Positions 1 to 13,400 of a DNA stretch of 64,000 bases are shown in pieces. Position 1 is the first letter of the stretch. Every line of letters begins with the position of its first letter. Source of the DNA: Leucoraja ocellata (taxonomy: Eukaryota). Under the pieces are notes generated by a model. The model ran no database searches. It was not told the origin of the DNA and worked only from the letters and a program-made list of their open reading frames with translations. Made by a program: the position numbers and the translations under genes. The stretch spans positions 1,488,001 to 1,552,000 of the forward strand of contig JAWMAR010000392.1 in the NCBI GenBank assembly GCA_036785375.1, read 5' to 3'.

Positions 1-269
1 CATTCTCTCTGTTTACCCTTTTTCTCATTATGTACTTATAAAATCTCTTGGGATTATCCTTAATGCTATCTACTAGAACTACCTTGTGTCTCTCCTGATT
101 TCCTTGTTTAGCTCGCTTCTTAGTTCCCAAAACTTCTCCAATGATAGCCTTGATCCCAGCCGCTTATTAGTGGCTCATGCCTCCTTACTTTTGACCAGAG
201 CCTCAATTTACCTAGTCATCCAAAATTCCTTCCGCTCACATGCCTTGCCGTTAATTCCAACAGGAACGT

Positions 270-490
270 GCAACCGAAGGTGGGCACAATGTTCCTGCTG
301 TGAATGACTCGTCACAAAGATGTCGTCCAGATAATGAAGACAAAATCAAGACTTGATCAAGATGAAAACCCCGCCCCACAGTGTCCATCAGGCATTGAAA
401 TGCCTGTGCGTCGTTCTTAAGGCCGAAGGGTACACGCACAAATTCGAAAAGTCCGAAGGGAGTGATGGTTGCTGTTTTGGGCACATTCTC
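270..490 (-). mobile_element. Ty3/Gypsy RT fragment
   Basis: VPKTATITPFGLFEFVRVPFGLKN.AQAFQ.LMD, characteristic Gypsy RT motifs, degenerate. Confidence 0.8.
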
Positions 491-1410
491 CCTTAAATAC
501 TCCCCAAGGGCACCTGTGACCCCTACCACTCGTGACCCCCCCCCCCCCCCCCCCCCCCCCCCAAGAGCCGAAGTGCATGGCCCACCACCAGGTGCCGCCA
601 TATTACTAAGCTAAAAATGTGCAAAGTAAATAGGAGTTAAATATAAAAGAAAAAGACGAGGAGCGACTGTTGGCTGGCTGCTGTGCGCACAGTGCCGGAA
701 CCAAGAAGGTTCCTTGAGCCAAAGATTTGCACTGGACCTTCACACAGCCTTTCCCCATCACAGCCGCTCTGCTACACCTTGGCCATTTTTATTTGCCACT
801 CAACTAACCAATTGGGGTGCTGCAACCCATCAGCCGACTTGATGCTCCTAACTGCCACTCCTGCTCCAACCACTGGTGTCTTTCCTTTATGTCAGTTTCC
901 TTCAGTTTTACCAGGGTGCCTTGATGCCACACTCGGCTAAATGCAATTTTGATAGCAGAGGTAGTCACTCTTACCTCAAATCAGGGTTCAGCTCTTTGGT
1001 CCAATGTTTGGACCAAGACTGTGATGGGGTGTGTGGAGATGAATTGAGATGGAAAAAACCCAAATTGGCATGTGAGTAGTTGTTGATGTTTGGTTTGGTT
1101 TATTGTCATGTGTACCGAGATACAGTGAAAAGCTTTTGTTTGCATGTATATCCAAGAATACAATCGAGCCATACACAACTACAAAAGGTAAAGCAAAGAA
1201 AAAATAATACCAGAGAGCAGAATAATGTTTCCAGCATTTTAGCATAACAGTTCCACAGAAAATATCCAATATTCAAACCAATGAGGTAGGTTTGAATATT
1301 GGGACTACACTCCAGCTTATGGGAGAATTGTCAGAAGTCTGATAACTGAGGGAAAGAAGCTGTTCCTGAGTCTGGTGTTGCGTGCTTTCAAGCTTTTGTA
1401 TCATCTGGGT

Positions 1411-1839
1411 TATAACCATATAACCATATAACAATTACAGCACGGAAACAGGCCATCTCGACCCTTCTAGTCCGTGCCGAACACATAATCTCCACTAGTC
1501 CCATATACCTGCGCTCAGACCATAACCCTCCATTCCCTTCCCATCCATATAACTATCCAATTTATTTTTAAATGATAAAAACGAACCTGCCTCCACCACC
1601 TTCACTGGAAGCTCATTCCACACAGCTACCACTCTCTGAGTAAAGAAGTTCCCCCTCATGTTACCCCTAAACTTCAGTCCCTTAATTCTCATGTCATGTC
1701 CCCTTGTTTGAATCTTCCCTACTCTCAGTGGGAAAAGCTTTTCCACGTCAACTCTGTCTATCCCTCTCATCATTTTAAAAACCTCTATCAAGTCCCCCCT
1801 TAACCTTCTGCGCTCCAAAGAATAAAGCCCTAACTTGTT
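1411..1839 (-). mobile_element. CR1 LINE family B, 5'-truncated
   Basis: ORF2 end LGLYSLERRRLRGDLIE...GYGLSAGIWD* and (TATGGTTA)n tail. Confidence 0.92.
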
Positions 1840-2767
1840 ATGTATTGCCCAGAACAATAACCACAATGCAGTAAGTAATGTAACAGTAGTTTACCAATTA
1901 ACTTCAAACTTGAAACATCATCGTAACTTAGAAAAGATGTCTATAGCCTTTCAGACCGTGTGTTGCACAAATCCCGCATTACCTCCACCATTAGATGGTG
2001 TTTCCAATCTATCGTGCAAATGCACACCCGTGACTTTCCTGGCCGGCAGTGATGCTGGTGTGTATGCGGGTAAGATGCCAGCACGCATGTGCGGAATAAA
2101 CCGTTCAAAACGGTACACCTTGCCTGACGGAAGTAGGGAGAAGATGTAATGACCAGGGTGAGAAAGATCATTGATTATGGTGGCTTCTTTGTTATGTAAA
2201 GTGTAGATGTAGTCAATGTCTGGTCTGCGTGATCAACAGGACTACGTTCACAACCCTCTGCAGTTTCTTGTAGTTTTGGGCAGCGGTTCTCGCAAATCAA
2301 GCTACGATCAGATCAGATCAGAATTAATGTATTAGCAAGTACGTACACATACAAGGAATAGTAAGATTAAACAAGAACTTACCAGTTTGAAGTTTGATCT
2401 TTATTTTATGAGGAGTTACGATGAGGGATTACGTGAAGAGCCCGTCAGCCCGCATGGGCATCAACCTTCAAAGCAGCGGTGTGGAGTCACAGACAGGAAC
2501 CGATTGACCTGAGAATAGTAAGACTCAAGAAACTAGAAGTACCTGCTAGTTTTATGAAGAGGGGTTGTTCATATTTTACTTCGGAGTCACGTGAGTGACT
2601 ACATGAAGATTTTAAAGCTGTGATTTCATGCCGTGGAAACGAGTCCATTCTTCACGTCTGCCTTGGCTGTGGGAGGAATTGTGTTAACATCATTTGGACA
2701 TGAGTTCGACATTGAAATCATGAAGTTTATTAACACAAATTATAACCTTTTTTTTGGGGGGTTTGAA

Positions 2768-3712
2768 TTAATTTACAGAATTTAAAATTTTTTCTGCAAA
2801 CGTTCCAGGTTTCATTACTGGCTTATTATAAAATAATTGGAATGTTCTTTCCCCGGACCATCCTGCTGCTTCGAGGACTTGGTCTATAGGTACATCCAAT
2901 TGTATTGCTGCCGATGTAGCTGCAGCCCTGGTGGAATGAGATTTAAAAATGTTAGTATCCACCCCAGCCTGTGTAAGCACCTGTTTCAGCCATCTAGAGA
3001 TGGTCTGGACCGTCACTCTTTTGTGTGGTTGCTTGTGGCTGACCAAGAGTCCCTTCTCATTGCCTCTTAGGTTTTTTGTTTTCTCTATGTATAATGACAG
3101 GTGTCTTACTATACAGAGACGGTCATCTGTAGGGTATGACCTAAATTGTATATTAAGTCCTGCTGATCCCTGTCTGTTCTGCTTTACTAGTTCGTAGATA
3201 TGGAACGTAATATTGTCAGGTGTGGAAGTCATGTTGTCCGGTCTAAGTTTGTGCAGTGACTGTACCCTCTGTGCCGTGACCAATGCCATTAGCATGACTG
3301 TTTTTAAAGTCAGTCTGTGTAGTGACAGAGCTGTTGCTGGGGACCAATTTCTTAGCGTCTTCAGGACAATGCTTACATCCCAAATTTGGGAGTACCTGGT
3401 TTTTGGGGGATTTGTATTAAAGATTCCCCTCATGAGTTTTGTTACCAGGGGGTGTGTCCCTACAGAATAACGCTCTGTCCCTTGCCATAGATAAGTCGAT
3501 AAGGTACTTCTGGCGCTGTTGATGGCACTGTAACTGAACCCCTCATCATAGTGGAGGCCTGCCAGATATTCCAGAACAGACGGGATGTTCATGTTCCTGC
3601 TGGTGATGTTGTTTTTGTGGCAGTACATTTCCCACTTCCTGATATAGACCAGATACTGTTTTTTAGTTGATTGTCTTTGGGCCGCCAAGATCATGTTTGC
3701 TGTTTGGTCCAT
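2768..3712 (-). CDS. DIRS tyrosine recombinase (uninterrupted ORF, 314 aa)
   Basis: N-terminal SAM-like region plus catalytic residues R (AQRVQ), K (VKQ), HxxR (HSTR), W (AGWS) and Y (FYNK). Confidence 0.9.
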   Translation of the reverse strand: MDQTANMILAAQRQSTKKQYLVYIRKWEMYCHKNNITSRNMNIPSVLEYLAGLHYDEGFSYSAINSARSTLSTYLWQGTERYSVGTHPLVTKLMRGIFNTNPPKTRYSQIWDVSIVLKTLRNWSPATALSLHRLTLKTVMLMALVTAQRVQSLHKLRPDNMTSTPDNITFHIYELVKQNRQGSAGLNIQFRSYPTDDRLCIVRHLSLYIEKTKNLRGNEKGLLVSHKQPHKRVTVQTISRWLKQVLTQAGVDTNIFKSHSTRAAATSAAIQLDVPIDQVLEAAGWSGERTFQLFYNKPVMKPGTFAEKILNSVN

Positions 3713-3738
3713 TAGTCCCAGTTGTAGCAGTGGTGTTT

Positions 3739-4200
3739 TTAAACTCTACAAATCAATAAGTTCAAGTATTTATGGCATGGGTGGCTATCCCTTGTTACGG
3801 GATGTAGCAATAAGTCTGGTCTATGTGGGATAGTAATACATGGTTCTAATGCCATGTTTTGTACCACCGGAAACCATAGTTGAATAGGCCAATCGGGTAC
3901 TACCAAAATACCAGGCGCAGAGTCTTGTTGTATTTTCCTTAATACCCGACTGATGAGGCAGAAAGGAGGGAATGCGTAAATGATCAATTTCCCCCAATGC
4001 AGCGAAAATGCATCTGTCGCTGCTGCCCCAGGGTCTGGTTCCCATGAAACATAATTTGGTATCTGATGGTTTAGTCTGGATGCGAATCGATATCTGGTGT
4101 TCCATATTTTGCTGTAATATCAGCAAATACTTTTTTGTTCAACATCCATTCAGTGTTTTCATTAAATTTGCGTGACCTGGTGTCTGCCACTAAATTTAGT
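3739..4200 (-). pseudogene. DIRS DNA N6-adenine methyltransferase-like domain, frameshifted
   Basis: YAFPPF motif followed by LxxVLxKI and LVVPxWPxQxW in ORF 3739-3987, located between RNase H and YR as in DIRS1-group elements. Confidence 0.75.
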
Positions 4201-4286
4201 CTTCCTGGTAGGTAAGTGGCTGATATCCAAATATCTCTCTGGATACACTATTGCCAAATTGAATTAGCCAGATTGTCACATGATAT

Positions 4287-5765
4287 CTATTTGTTTCCAC
4301 CCATGTGGTTAATGTATGCTACCATGGTGGTATTGTCTATTTGTAATCTGACATGCTGGTGATATGACCCAGTACAATATGACTTTAGGCCATGGAATGC
4401 ACCCAACATTTCCAAGTAGTTTATGCCAAATGTGAGTAAAAAAGATGCCTCCTGTGCAGTCCATCTACCTCCACAGCTGGTGATGGTATTGGTGGCTCCC
4501 CACCCAAGTGCACTGGCATCAGTTTGTAGTACCATAGAAGGGTTACTGACAATGATTGGGTTGGAACAAAGCCAGATGTTATCTATCCACCAAATTAGTT
4601 CCATTTTGGCTTTGATTGGTGGTTTCATAGGTCTATCAAAGTGCCCTCCATTAATTTTGAACGCTTGTATTTTTGCTCTCTGTAAGTTTTGGTAATGTAG
4701 AGGTCCAAATTGTGTGGCTGGAAAAGCAGCCACCATTTTACCAATTACTTTTGCTACCAATCTGATGGATGGTTTCCTGATGTCAATGAGGTTATTGCAA
4801 GCCTCTATTAAATCTCTAGCCTTCTCCTTAGGTAGTGTCACCGACATGTGAATTGAGCCAATGGTGAACCCCAAATAGTCCATAGTATTGGAAGGCGTTA
4901 GTTTAGATTTAAGTGGATGGATGATAAATCCCAGTTTTTCAAATAATAGTTTTGTGGCTGTTACTGTTTGTATGGCCAATTCCAAAGTTTTGCCCACAAT
5001 GAGTATGTCATCTAAATACGCCATAACCATGTGTTTACGTTTCCGTAGAAATGCTAGGGTTGTTTTTAAAATTTTTGTGAACAGCCTGGGGGCTGATGAT
5101 AGACCGTTTGGCAGTGCTTTATACTGCCAGTTTTGTCCCATCCAGTTAAATTTTAAGTAACATCTGTGGTCACCTCGTATAGGCACTGTATAGTAAGCAT
5201 CTTTTAAATTGATGCTTGCCATGAAGTAACCTTTGGAAATTAATTGTTTAGCAGTAACAAAGGTTTCCATTTTGAAGTGAATATATTGTACAAATGTATT
5301 CAATTTTGTTAGTTCGATGATGATCCGACAACCACCATCTTTTTTGTTTTTGGTAAATATATTAGACACGAATTCTAATGATTCGTGTGATGTTTCCTCA
5401 ATTACACCTTTTTTGTAAAGCCGCTCCAGTTCTGCTTGTGCCTCTGATTTTTCTTTATCAGAGAGTACTAACACTCGGTTTGGTATATGTTGAACTGGAG
5501 GGCTATACTGGTGTATAAACTCTATTGTATATCCCTGGATACTGCTTAAAATGTAAGTATCAGTTGTTAACATGCTCCATGCATTCAGAAAGTAGTGTAA
5601 TCTCCCCCCAACCTCCATGCTCTCCATATTTTTTAGGGAACCAGACCCACCTACCTCCATTGTTACCAGTGGCAGGTTTACTTCTTTTTGTAGTTCCTTC
5701 GTTGTTGTTGCGCTGGTGTCTGGTTTTTCTGTTTGGTTGGCGTTGGAGGTCCCCGCATCTTCCAA
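4287..5765 (-). pseudogene. DIRS reverse transcriptase/RNase H
   Basis: Motifs LKDAYY, LPNGLSSAPRLFTK, YLDD, TDAS.GWG, INYLE and DNTT. The frame terminates prematurely at HMGGNK. Confidence 0.9.
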
Positions 5766-5799
5766 GAAGGCTGGCCTGTGTCATGGCCTAAAAAAGACT

Positions 5800-6702
5800 C
5801 ATGTTTGGAATACCGTGCCTTCGAGCTTTCACCAGTTCTACTGGTGGGTGCGTAGGGGTCTTTGGCTGTAGTGGGTTTTCGTTGGTGTTCCTTTTATTGG
5901 TCCCAGGGTTTTGGCTTCCTCATCGAGTTCTTTTACTTGTTTCGACAGGTTGCCTCCAAACAAGAGTATAGGTGGTTTTGAGGTCCCTAAAGGTTGAGGT
6001 CCCTGAGGGTTTGCATAGTCCTGCGAATTTTGGGTTCAGTGTAGGTTGTATGGCACTTTTCCTGATGTTGTTTATCTCTTACTGGGTATTACAGAATAGT
6101 GCCAGTGCATCTTGTTGGTCCTGGGACATGTCCTTTTCGTCCACTGTCCGGGCAAATGCTGTTATCCCTGAGGTCAGTAATTTCAGTACTTTATGCAATT
6201 TTACATCCATACTCCTGACTCCTGTTCCAATGTGTTTCCATATGCAGTTGTTTACTATTGGAACGTTTAGAGATATGCAATTGCCCGGTGCCTGGTGTCT
6301 CGCTGTGGTGTCCAGTACAGCCTGCTCTTGTAGCTGGTTTAGAGACATGTAGTCTATGCTGGCAGCAAGCTTTGGCTCCAGATTTTTACCAGTCTGATCC
6401 TGCTGTATAAAATTGGACACCATGTCCAGTAGGTTCTCTTCCTGCACCCCATGCACACTTATCTTTTCATCTGCGGACTCCTCTGAGTCCACAACCTTGT
6501 TCGTTTTGTGTCTAGCCTTGCCGCCCGGCCGCGTGGATTTGGCCGGTGCGGAGGCGACATCTGGCACAGCTGATCCCACTATGGGTGATCCAAGTGCCGT
6601 CGGCTGCTGCTGCTGGCTGCGCGGTCCTCCCTCCCCAGCTTTGTCGCAGCCCTCGTCTTCTTTGTTTTGTCTATTTCTACCTGTAGCGGGAAATGGGAAC
6701 AA
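5800..6702 (-). pseudogene. DIRS gag-like ORF1, disrupted
   Basis: Positioned upstream of RT. Low-complexity N-terminus followed by P.NC..L.VP.VN..IW; stop at 6079. Confidence 0.65.
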
Positions 6703-6870
6703 AAAAGACCGCAGAGTAAACGCTTACCTGCTATTAGCGGCTTTTAAACTGCCGCTGCGGGGGAACGTCTTTCCACCGCGTCTGACGTTTCGCAATGCGT
6801 GTAGCGTAATGTCACGCATGCGTCCTGGCGGGTTTCTTCACGTAGTCACACACGTGACTCCAAAGTAAAA

Positions 6871-9800
6871 TACCCTCTCTGCGTCATCGTTGCTATGTGG
6901 CATACAGAGGACAAGTTGTGCAACCTTAGGCACTCAAAGAAACTTGTGTTGACCAGTCACAGGGTTCTTGAGTGTTGACAGATGGGCCCACAGCTTGTCA
7001 GTCCTACTGAACTCGTGGTCCTCTCTGTCTCTGGACACCCACCCTTTCCACTTGCTGGCTGAGATCTCTGTGTCATCCATTAAGTGATAGACAGAGAACT
7101 CCTCTCCAACCTGGTCCTGTTCTCTGGGGTCCAAGAAAGGTAGGAGATGCTTGTACCTAAAAACAAGAACACAATTGTGGCCCTTAATTAGTAACTCTGC
7201 TATCATAAGATCAATGTACACATTTTTGTAGTTGAAGATGTTTTTAGCAAAAGTCATCTGCAGGGTTTGATGTATATGTAACACCAGCAATCACTTCATA
7301 TGCTGCAACGCATTGGAGTACATGACTAAATTTTAAATGGTTTTAAAATGTGGAAGTCTTATCAAACATTTATAAGTTTTTTCATCGATTAGTTACCTGC
7401 TTTTATAGTTTAGTTAAACATATACCTGTCTATGAGGTAGAGTATGTCACATACTAACACTACCATCTTCTGGTGCCAGTCAACAAAGGAAGCATGCCTC
7501 AGCACAGGCTCATCCAGGGTAGTCACTCCAGAGCATAGCCAACTGCCTCGCAGAAAAAGCCCCTCACTGCCATGAAGAACTTCTTGACCTGTTGAGGACT
7601 GATGTCACCGCCCTCCAACAAACGATTCAGTGTTGTCCTAGTTGTAAAGCCAATACTAAGCTTGTCATCTTCAATGAGAAATAAAGTACAAGACATTTGT
7701 ATTGATCACTAACTATTTGTTTAATTCTACACAGAGTTTGAGAAATATACATTTCATATTAGATTAAATATACTGATAACCTTGTCCTTCTCCGCATGAC
7801 CTTTGCTGGCAATGTGTCGCTTGATGTCGCTCTGTCCTTGATGAGCACACGAGACTTGAAGCCTGCATACTTCATTTCCAGAAATGGAAAGACGTGCTAT
7901 CCTTCCTGATGAATGGCCACAATTCAGACTTGAATGTGCATTTATAAAATGCTCACCAGCTCTGGCCTTTGGCCTGACCTTCTTTAGCTTCTTGACACAA
8001 GCTTCACTGCTATCACTGCTTTCTGTGTTCGAAGACTCTGTTCCTCTTCTGTTGTTCACCTTCATTACCTGGCATCTACAAAATGACAGGAATTAAGAGC
8101 ATCATCACTTTGGGTTGTTTTTCAGTTATCCTGGCTCATGAAATATTAAATTTAATGGCCTGTTCTACTTGCATGCGTTTGGCGCGACCAAACGGAAGAG
8201 GAGTTTGCGCTAAGTACGCGCGTGACGTCATTTGCGTCGTACTTACCAATCAGCTGGGCAGGAGGCGGGCCGACTGATTTGGGCATCGCACAGCGTCAGG
8301 CGGTGACGTCATCATGCAACGCCACGCCGGGCGGTGATGTCATCACGGAAAAACAACACGCGCTAGGCGTACAACATCAAGATGCTGCGTCCGCCCGCAA
8401 TGCGCCTGCATGCGTACGCGGGCTGACAGGCCGTTGGCGCGCAAAACTTTCAAACATTGCAGGAATTTCGGAGCCACGCGCGATGTCGGGACCAGCCCCG
8501 CACAACTCCTTACGCCTCCGCGCTCCTAAGTGGGACTGGCCCCGCGAGGTCCATAATAATAATAATAATAATAAATTTTATTTATGGGCGCCTTTCAAGA
8601 GTCTCAAGGACACCTTACAAAAATTTAGCAGGTAGAGGAAAAACATGTAAGGGGAATGAAATAAATAGTAGAGACATGACTAGCACACAAAGTAAAGACA
8701 GAATTCAATACAAAACACAACATGAGGCAATTAATGCACAGATGAAAAGGGAGGGGGACGTGGGGCTAAGGATAGGCAGAGGTGAAGAGATGGGTCGAGG
8801 CGGGACTGGAAGATGCCGTACGCCTCAAACGACCACGAGGTCGCTTAATTTGCGAGCCAAGGTTACGTAAGTGGGACAGTCCCTTTTGTCTTGACATGCT
8901 ACAAAAAAAATGTAGGCTCTACAATAAATTTTCTCCATACCCCCTGATCCCTTTAGCCACAAGGGCCACATCTAACTCCCTCTTAAATATAGCCAATGAA
9001 CTGGCCTCAACTACCTTCTGTGGCAGAGAGTTCCAGAGACTCACCACTATCTGTGAAAAATGTTTTCCTCATCTCAGTACTAAAGGATTTCCACTTTATC
9101 CTCAAACTGTGTCCCGCTTGTCCTGGACTTCCCCAACATCGGGAACAATCTTCCTGTTTCAGACAAATGCAATTCAGGACTTTTCTCTTCACAAGCAAAG
9201 TCAGAATGACGGTTAGTGAAGAATTCAAATAATCGCTGAGCGTTCTCTATGGCAACAATGTATACCTCTACCGAAATGGAAAAGATGTTGGCGATGCATA
9301 CTAGTCTACTTGATCGTCAGAGTAGATTCATATCTAACTTAAACTAATATAACTTCTACCACTTGTTACTAAACATTGCACACCGTATGGGAGCTCTATG
9401 ACAGCTGTTTTACTTCAGATCGATGGTTGTCGGTAGGTGCTTGGTTTCTTACTGCAGAGACGTTTCAGTTTTGCCGAAAACCAAGGAGGACGCATACGGC
9501 CCTTAATGATATTTTGAGGAACATGATTTGTGACAATATTATTTAAGGTGTTTCTCAGCCACACCTAGTTGTCTTTTACGGATCTTTTATCTGGTTGCAG
9601 GTTGAAGAAATCTTTTTCCAGTTTTTTTGCTAAGACTTTAAATTCCTTATGCATTATTATTATGCTTATGCATATTAATAGTGTGCAATGGGCTTAAGCC
9701 AATCAAATTGCTCGTTCTTTACGGGAAACCCGCCCACAGAAAACTATTCTCATTGGTGAGTGTGGATGAGATCAGGAAGCCTTGGGTGAATTGAATCGTT

Positions 9801-9933
9801 CGTGACTTTCTTTATCATCATCTCTATTTATTTATTCATTTGAGCGCGAGAAATTCTGTGATCAGCGTGACAGCATGAGAATTGCGTGGAATGCGTGAGT
9901 CTCACGCTTAACGCGTGAGAGTTGGCAGCCCTG
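6871..9933 (-). mobile_element. Decayed intron-containing hAT-superfamily DNA transposon
   Basis: Minus-strand remnants: zinc-finger-like VCRLQVSCAHQGQSDIKRHIASKGH (about 7790-7870), middle segment DDKLSIGFTTRTTL...FFMAVRGFF (about 7470-7670) and dimerization motif KFL*VPKVAQLVLCMPHSNDDAERV (6871-6945). TIR-like end cagggctgccaactctcacgc at 9913-9933. The other end is not visible. Confidence 0.72.
8156..8885. mobile_element. Non-autonomous TIR element (PIF/Harbinger-like MITE) with a nested LINE 3' tail
   Basis: Ends ggcctgttctactt / aagtgggacagtccc and a CpG-rich quasi-palindromic body. An (AAT)n-tailed LINE-type 3' end is inserted at about 8553-8790. Confidence 0.55.
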
Positions 9934-10124
9934 TGTTCATACCACTGGGGTGTAAACTACCAAAACGAAATATGAGGTGCTGTTCCTCCAATTTGCGCTG
10001 GGCCTCACTCTGACAATGGAGGAGGCCCAGAACAGAAAGGTCAGATTGGGAGTGGGAAGGGGGAGTTGAAGTGCTGAGCCACCGGGAGATTAGGTAGGTT
10101 AAGACGGAATGAGCGGAGGTGTTC

Positions 10125-10366
10125 AGTTTATGGGAGTGACAGGAATGGCGGGTGTCCCTAACTTGCCTTTCTGTTATACCGGCAACTGATCTGCGGATTC
10201 CTGGTAGAGCAACACTGGCCAAGACATGCAAGCTATCCACATCCGTTGGTTTTAGTCAGCCACTAATGCATCTGCAGCTGTCATTAAGGGCGATATCAAC
10301 TTTTTTCGCATGAGACGATCTCTCCCAAACAGGACAAGCATACTCTGTTGCAAAGTCGCACCACCA
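10125..10366 (-). mobile_element. Vingi/Ingi-type LINE fragment inside Penelope
   Basis: Minus-strand translation KVDIALNDSCRCISG*LKPTDVDSLHVLASVALPGIRR resembles the post-RT region of Vingi LINEs. Confidence 0.55.
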
Positions 10367-11561
10367 TCATCTATTGTATCTACCTAGAAACGGTAGGGAG
10401 ATGTCGGAGATGGTCCAAGTGAATTTAAGTGCAGGATGGAAATTAGTGTTGAAGTTGAAGTCAGTGAGTTCTGCATGGGTGCAGTCGTCAATGTAACAGA
10501 GGTAAAGTTTGGGAATAGGGCCAGTGCACACCTGGAACAGGGATTGTTCGACGTACCCTACAAAGAGGCAGGCATAGCTAGGGCCCATGTGAGTGCCCAT
10601 GGGAGCAGTCGAAGGAGAAGTTGTTGAGCGTAAGGACCAGGTCTGCTAGGCGTAGAAGGAAATTGAATGGTTCAGCGGTTGAGGAAGAAAGGGAGGGCTT
10701 TAAGACCCTCCTGGTGGGGGTGGAAGTGTAGAATGACTGGACATCCATAGTAAAGGTGAGGGAGTGGGGGTCTGCAAAATGGAAGTCATTGAGGAGACGA
10801 AGAGCATGTGAGGTGTCTTGGACATAGGTAGGGAGGGATTGGACTGGGTTATGCAGTTGAGTTATGTGGAAATTAATTTGGTGGGACATGAACAAGCAGA
10901 AACAATGGGTCTGCCAGGACAGTTCTGTTTGTGGATTTGGGGAGATGATAAAATTGGGCCATGCGGGGCTGGAGAACGATAAGGTTGGAGGCTTTAGACG
11001 GCAGAGAGCCGGAAGTGATGAAATCAGTAATGGTGCTTCAGATTAAGGCCTGGAGCTCGGCTGTGCGGTGATGGTCCAAGGACAAGTAGCAGGAGGTGGG
11101 TGAAAGTTGTCGCCTGGTCTCAATTTGGTCGAGGTCAGCGTGCCAGACTACCACGGCACCTCCCTTGTTGGCGGGTTTGATTAACCTGTTGGGGTTGCCA
11201 CAGAGTGAGCGGAGGGCTGTATGTTCGGGGGGGGGGGGAGATTAGAGTGAATAAGGGTGGTGGAAAACTCGAGGCGGTTGATGTCTCGCCGGCATGTGGA
11301 AACGAAAAGTTCTAAAGAAGGTAGAGGGCCATCTGGGAGAATCTAACAGGAGGGGGTCCGTTGGAGACGGGAGAAGGGGTCATCATTGGCTGATGAGGAC
11401 TCCTTCCCATAGAAAAAGGCCCGGAGGCGATGGAAGAAGAGCTCTACATCGTGGCTGACCCGGAACTCATTGAGGTGGGGGCGGAGGGGAACAAAGGTGA
11501 GGCCTCTGCTGAGGACAGACCGTTCCATATCAGAAAGGGGGAGGTCAGGGGGGATGGTCAA

Positions 11562-13400
11562 TAGACAATAGGTGCAGGAGGGCCATTCGGCCCTTCGAGC
11601 CAGCACCGCCATTCAATGTGATCATGGGTGATCATCCCCAATCAGTATCCCGTTCCTGCCTTCTCCCCATATCCCCCGACTCCGCTATAACCATATAACC
11701 ATATAACAATTACAGCATGGAAACAGGCCATCTCGACCCTTCTAGTCCGTGCCGAACACATAATCTCCCCTAGTCCCATATACCTGCGCTCAGACCATAA
11801 CCCTCCATTCCCTTCCCATCCATATAACTATCCAATTTATTTTTAAATGATAAAAATGAACCTGCCTCCACCACCTTCACTGGAAGCTCATTCCACACAG
11901 CTACCACTCTCTGAGTAAAGAAGTTCCCCCTCATGTTACCCCTAAACTTCAGTCCCTTAATTCTCATGTCATGTCCCCTTGTTTGAATCTTCCCTACTTC
12001 CACGTCAACTCTGTCTATCCCTCTCATCATTTTAAAAACCTCCATCAAGTCCCCCCTTAACCTTCTGCGCTCCAAAGAATAAAGCCCTAACTTGTTCAAA
12101 GCCCTATCTTTAAGAGCCTTATCTAGCTCTCTCTTGAAAATATCCAGAGAACCGGCCTCCACTGCCATCTGGGGCAGAGAATTCCATAGGCTCAACACTC
12201 TGCGAAAAAATGTTTCCTCATCACCGTTCTAAATGGCTTACCTCTTAATCTTAAATTGTGGCCCCTGGTTCTGGAATGCCCCAACATCGGGAACATGTTT
12301 CCTGCCTCTAGCGGGTCTAAACCCTTTAAAATCTTAAATGTTTCAATAAGATTCCCTCTCATCCTAAATTCCAGAGTATACAAGCCCAGCCGCTCCATTC
12401 TCTCAGCATATGACAACCCGCCATCCCGGGAATTAACCTTGTAAACCTATGCTGCACTCCCTCAATAGCAAGAATGTCCTTCCTCAAATTAGGTAACCAA
12501 AACTGCACACAATACTCCAGGTGTGGTCTCACTAGAGCCCTGTACAACTGCAGAAGGACCTCTTTGCTCCTTTACTCAACTCCTCTTGTTATGAAGGCCA
12601 ACATGCCATTCACTTTCTTCACTGCCTGCTGTACCTGCATGCTTACTTTCATTGACTGATGAACAAGGACCCCCAGATCCCATTGTACTTCCCCCCCCCC
12701 TTTTCCCAACTTGACGCCATTTAGATAATAATCTGCCTTCCTGTTTTTGCTACCAAAGTGGATAACCTCACATTTATCCACATTAAACTTCATCTGCCAT
12801 GCATCTGCCCACTCCCCCAACCTGTCCAAGTCACCCTGCATTCTCATAGCATCCTCCTCACAGTTCACACTGCCACCCAGCTTTGTGACAACTGCAAAGT
12901 TGCTAATGTTACTTTGAATCCCTTCATCCAAATCATTGATGTATATTGTAAATAGCTGCGGTCCCAGCACCGATCCTTGCGGTACCCCACTAGTCACTGC
13001 CTGCTTTTCTGAAAGGGAACCATTAATCCGTACTCTTTGTTTCCTGTCTGCCAACCACTTCTCTATCCATGTCAACACTCTACCCCCAATACCATGTGCC
13101 CTAATTTTGCCCACTAATCTCCTATGTGGGACCTTATCAAATGTTTTCTGAAAATCCAGTTACATCACATCCACTGGCTCTCTCTTGTCCATTTTCCTAG
13201 TTACATCCTCAAAAAATTCCAAAGATTAGTCAAGCATGATTTCTCCTTCGTAAATCCATGCTGACTAGGACCGACCCTGTTACTGCTATCCAAATGTGCC
13301 GCTATTTCATCTTTTATAATTGACTCCAGCATCGTCCCCACCTCCGATGTCAGGCTAACTGGTCTATAATTCCATTTTTCTCTCTCCAGCCTTTCTTATG
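11562..13400 (-). mobile_element. CR1 LINE (third family, (CTATTGT)n-type tail) with a younger CR1 nested at 11687-12099
   Basis: RT motifs GVPQGSVLGP and DKCEVIHFG in ORF 12572-13114, with frameshifts. Confidence 0.9.

Larger units (their letters stand above)
2360..6870 (-). mobile_element. DIRS1-like tyrosine-recombinase retrotransposon, near full length, partly frameshifted
   Basis: gag-like, RT/RNase H, methyltransferase-like and YR regions in DIRS order. The terminus 6836-6870 is the reverse complement of the internal complementary region 2574-2608 (3 mismatches), and an imperfect inverted repeat links about 2428-2456 with 6816-6845. Confidence 0.93.

Noticed and set aside
2768-3712. 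Phage integrase or bacterial contamination
   Set aside because: Embedded in DIRS gag/RT/RNase H architecture and flanked by host repeats.
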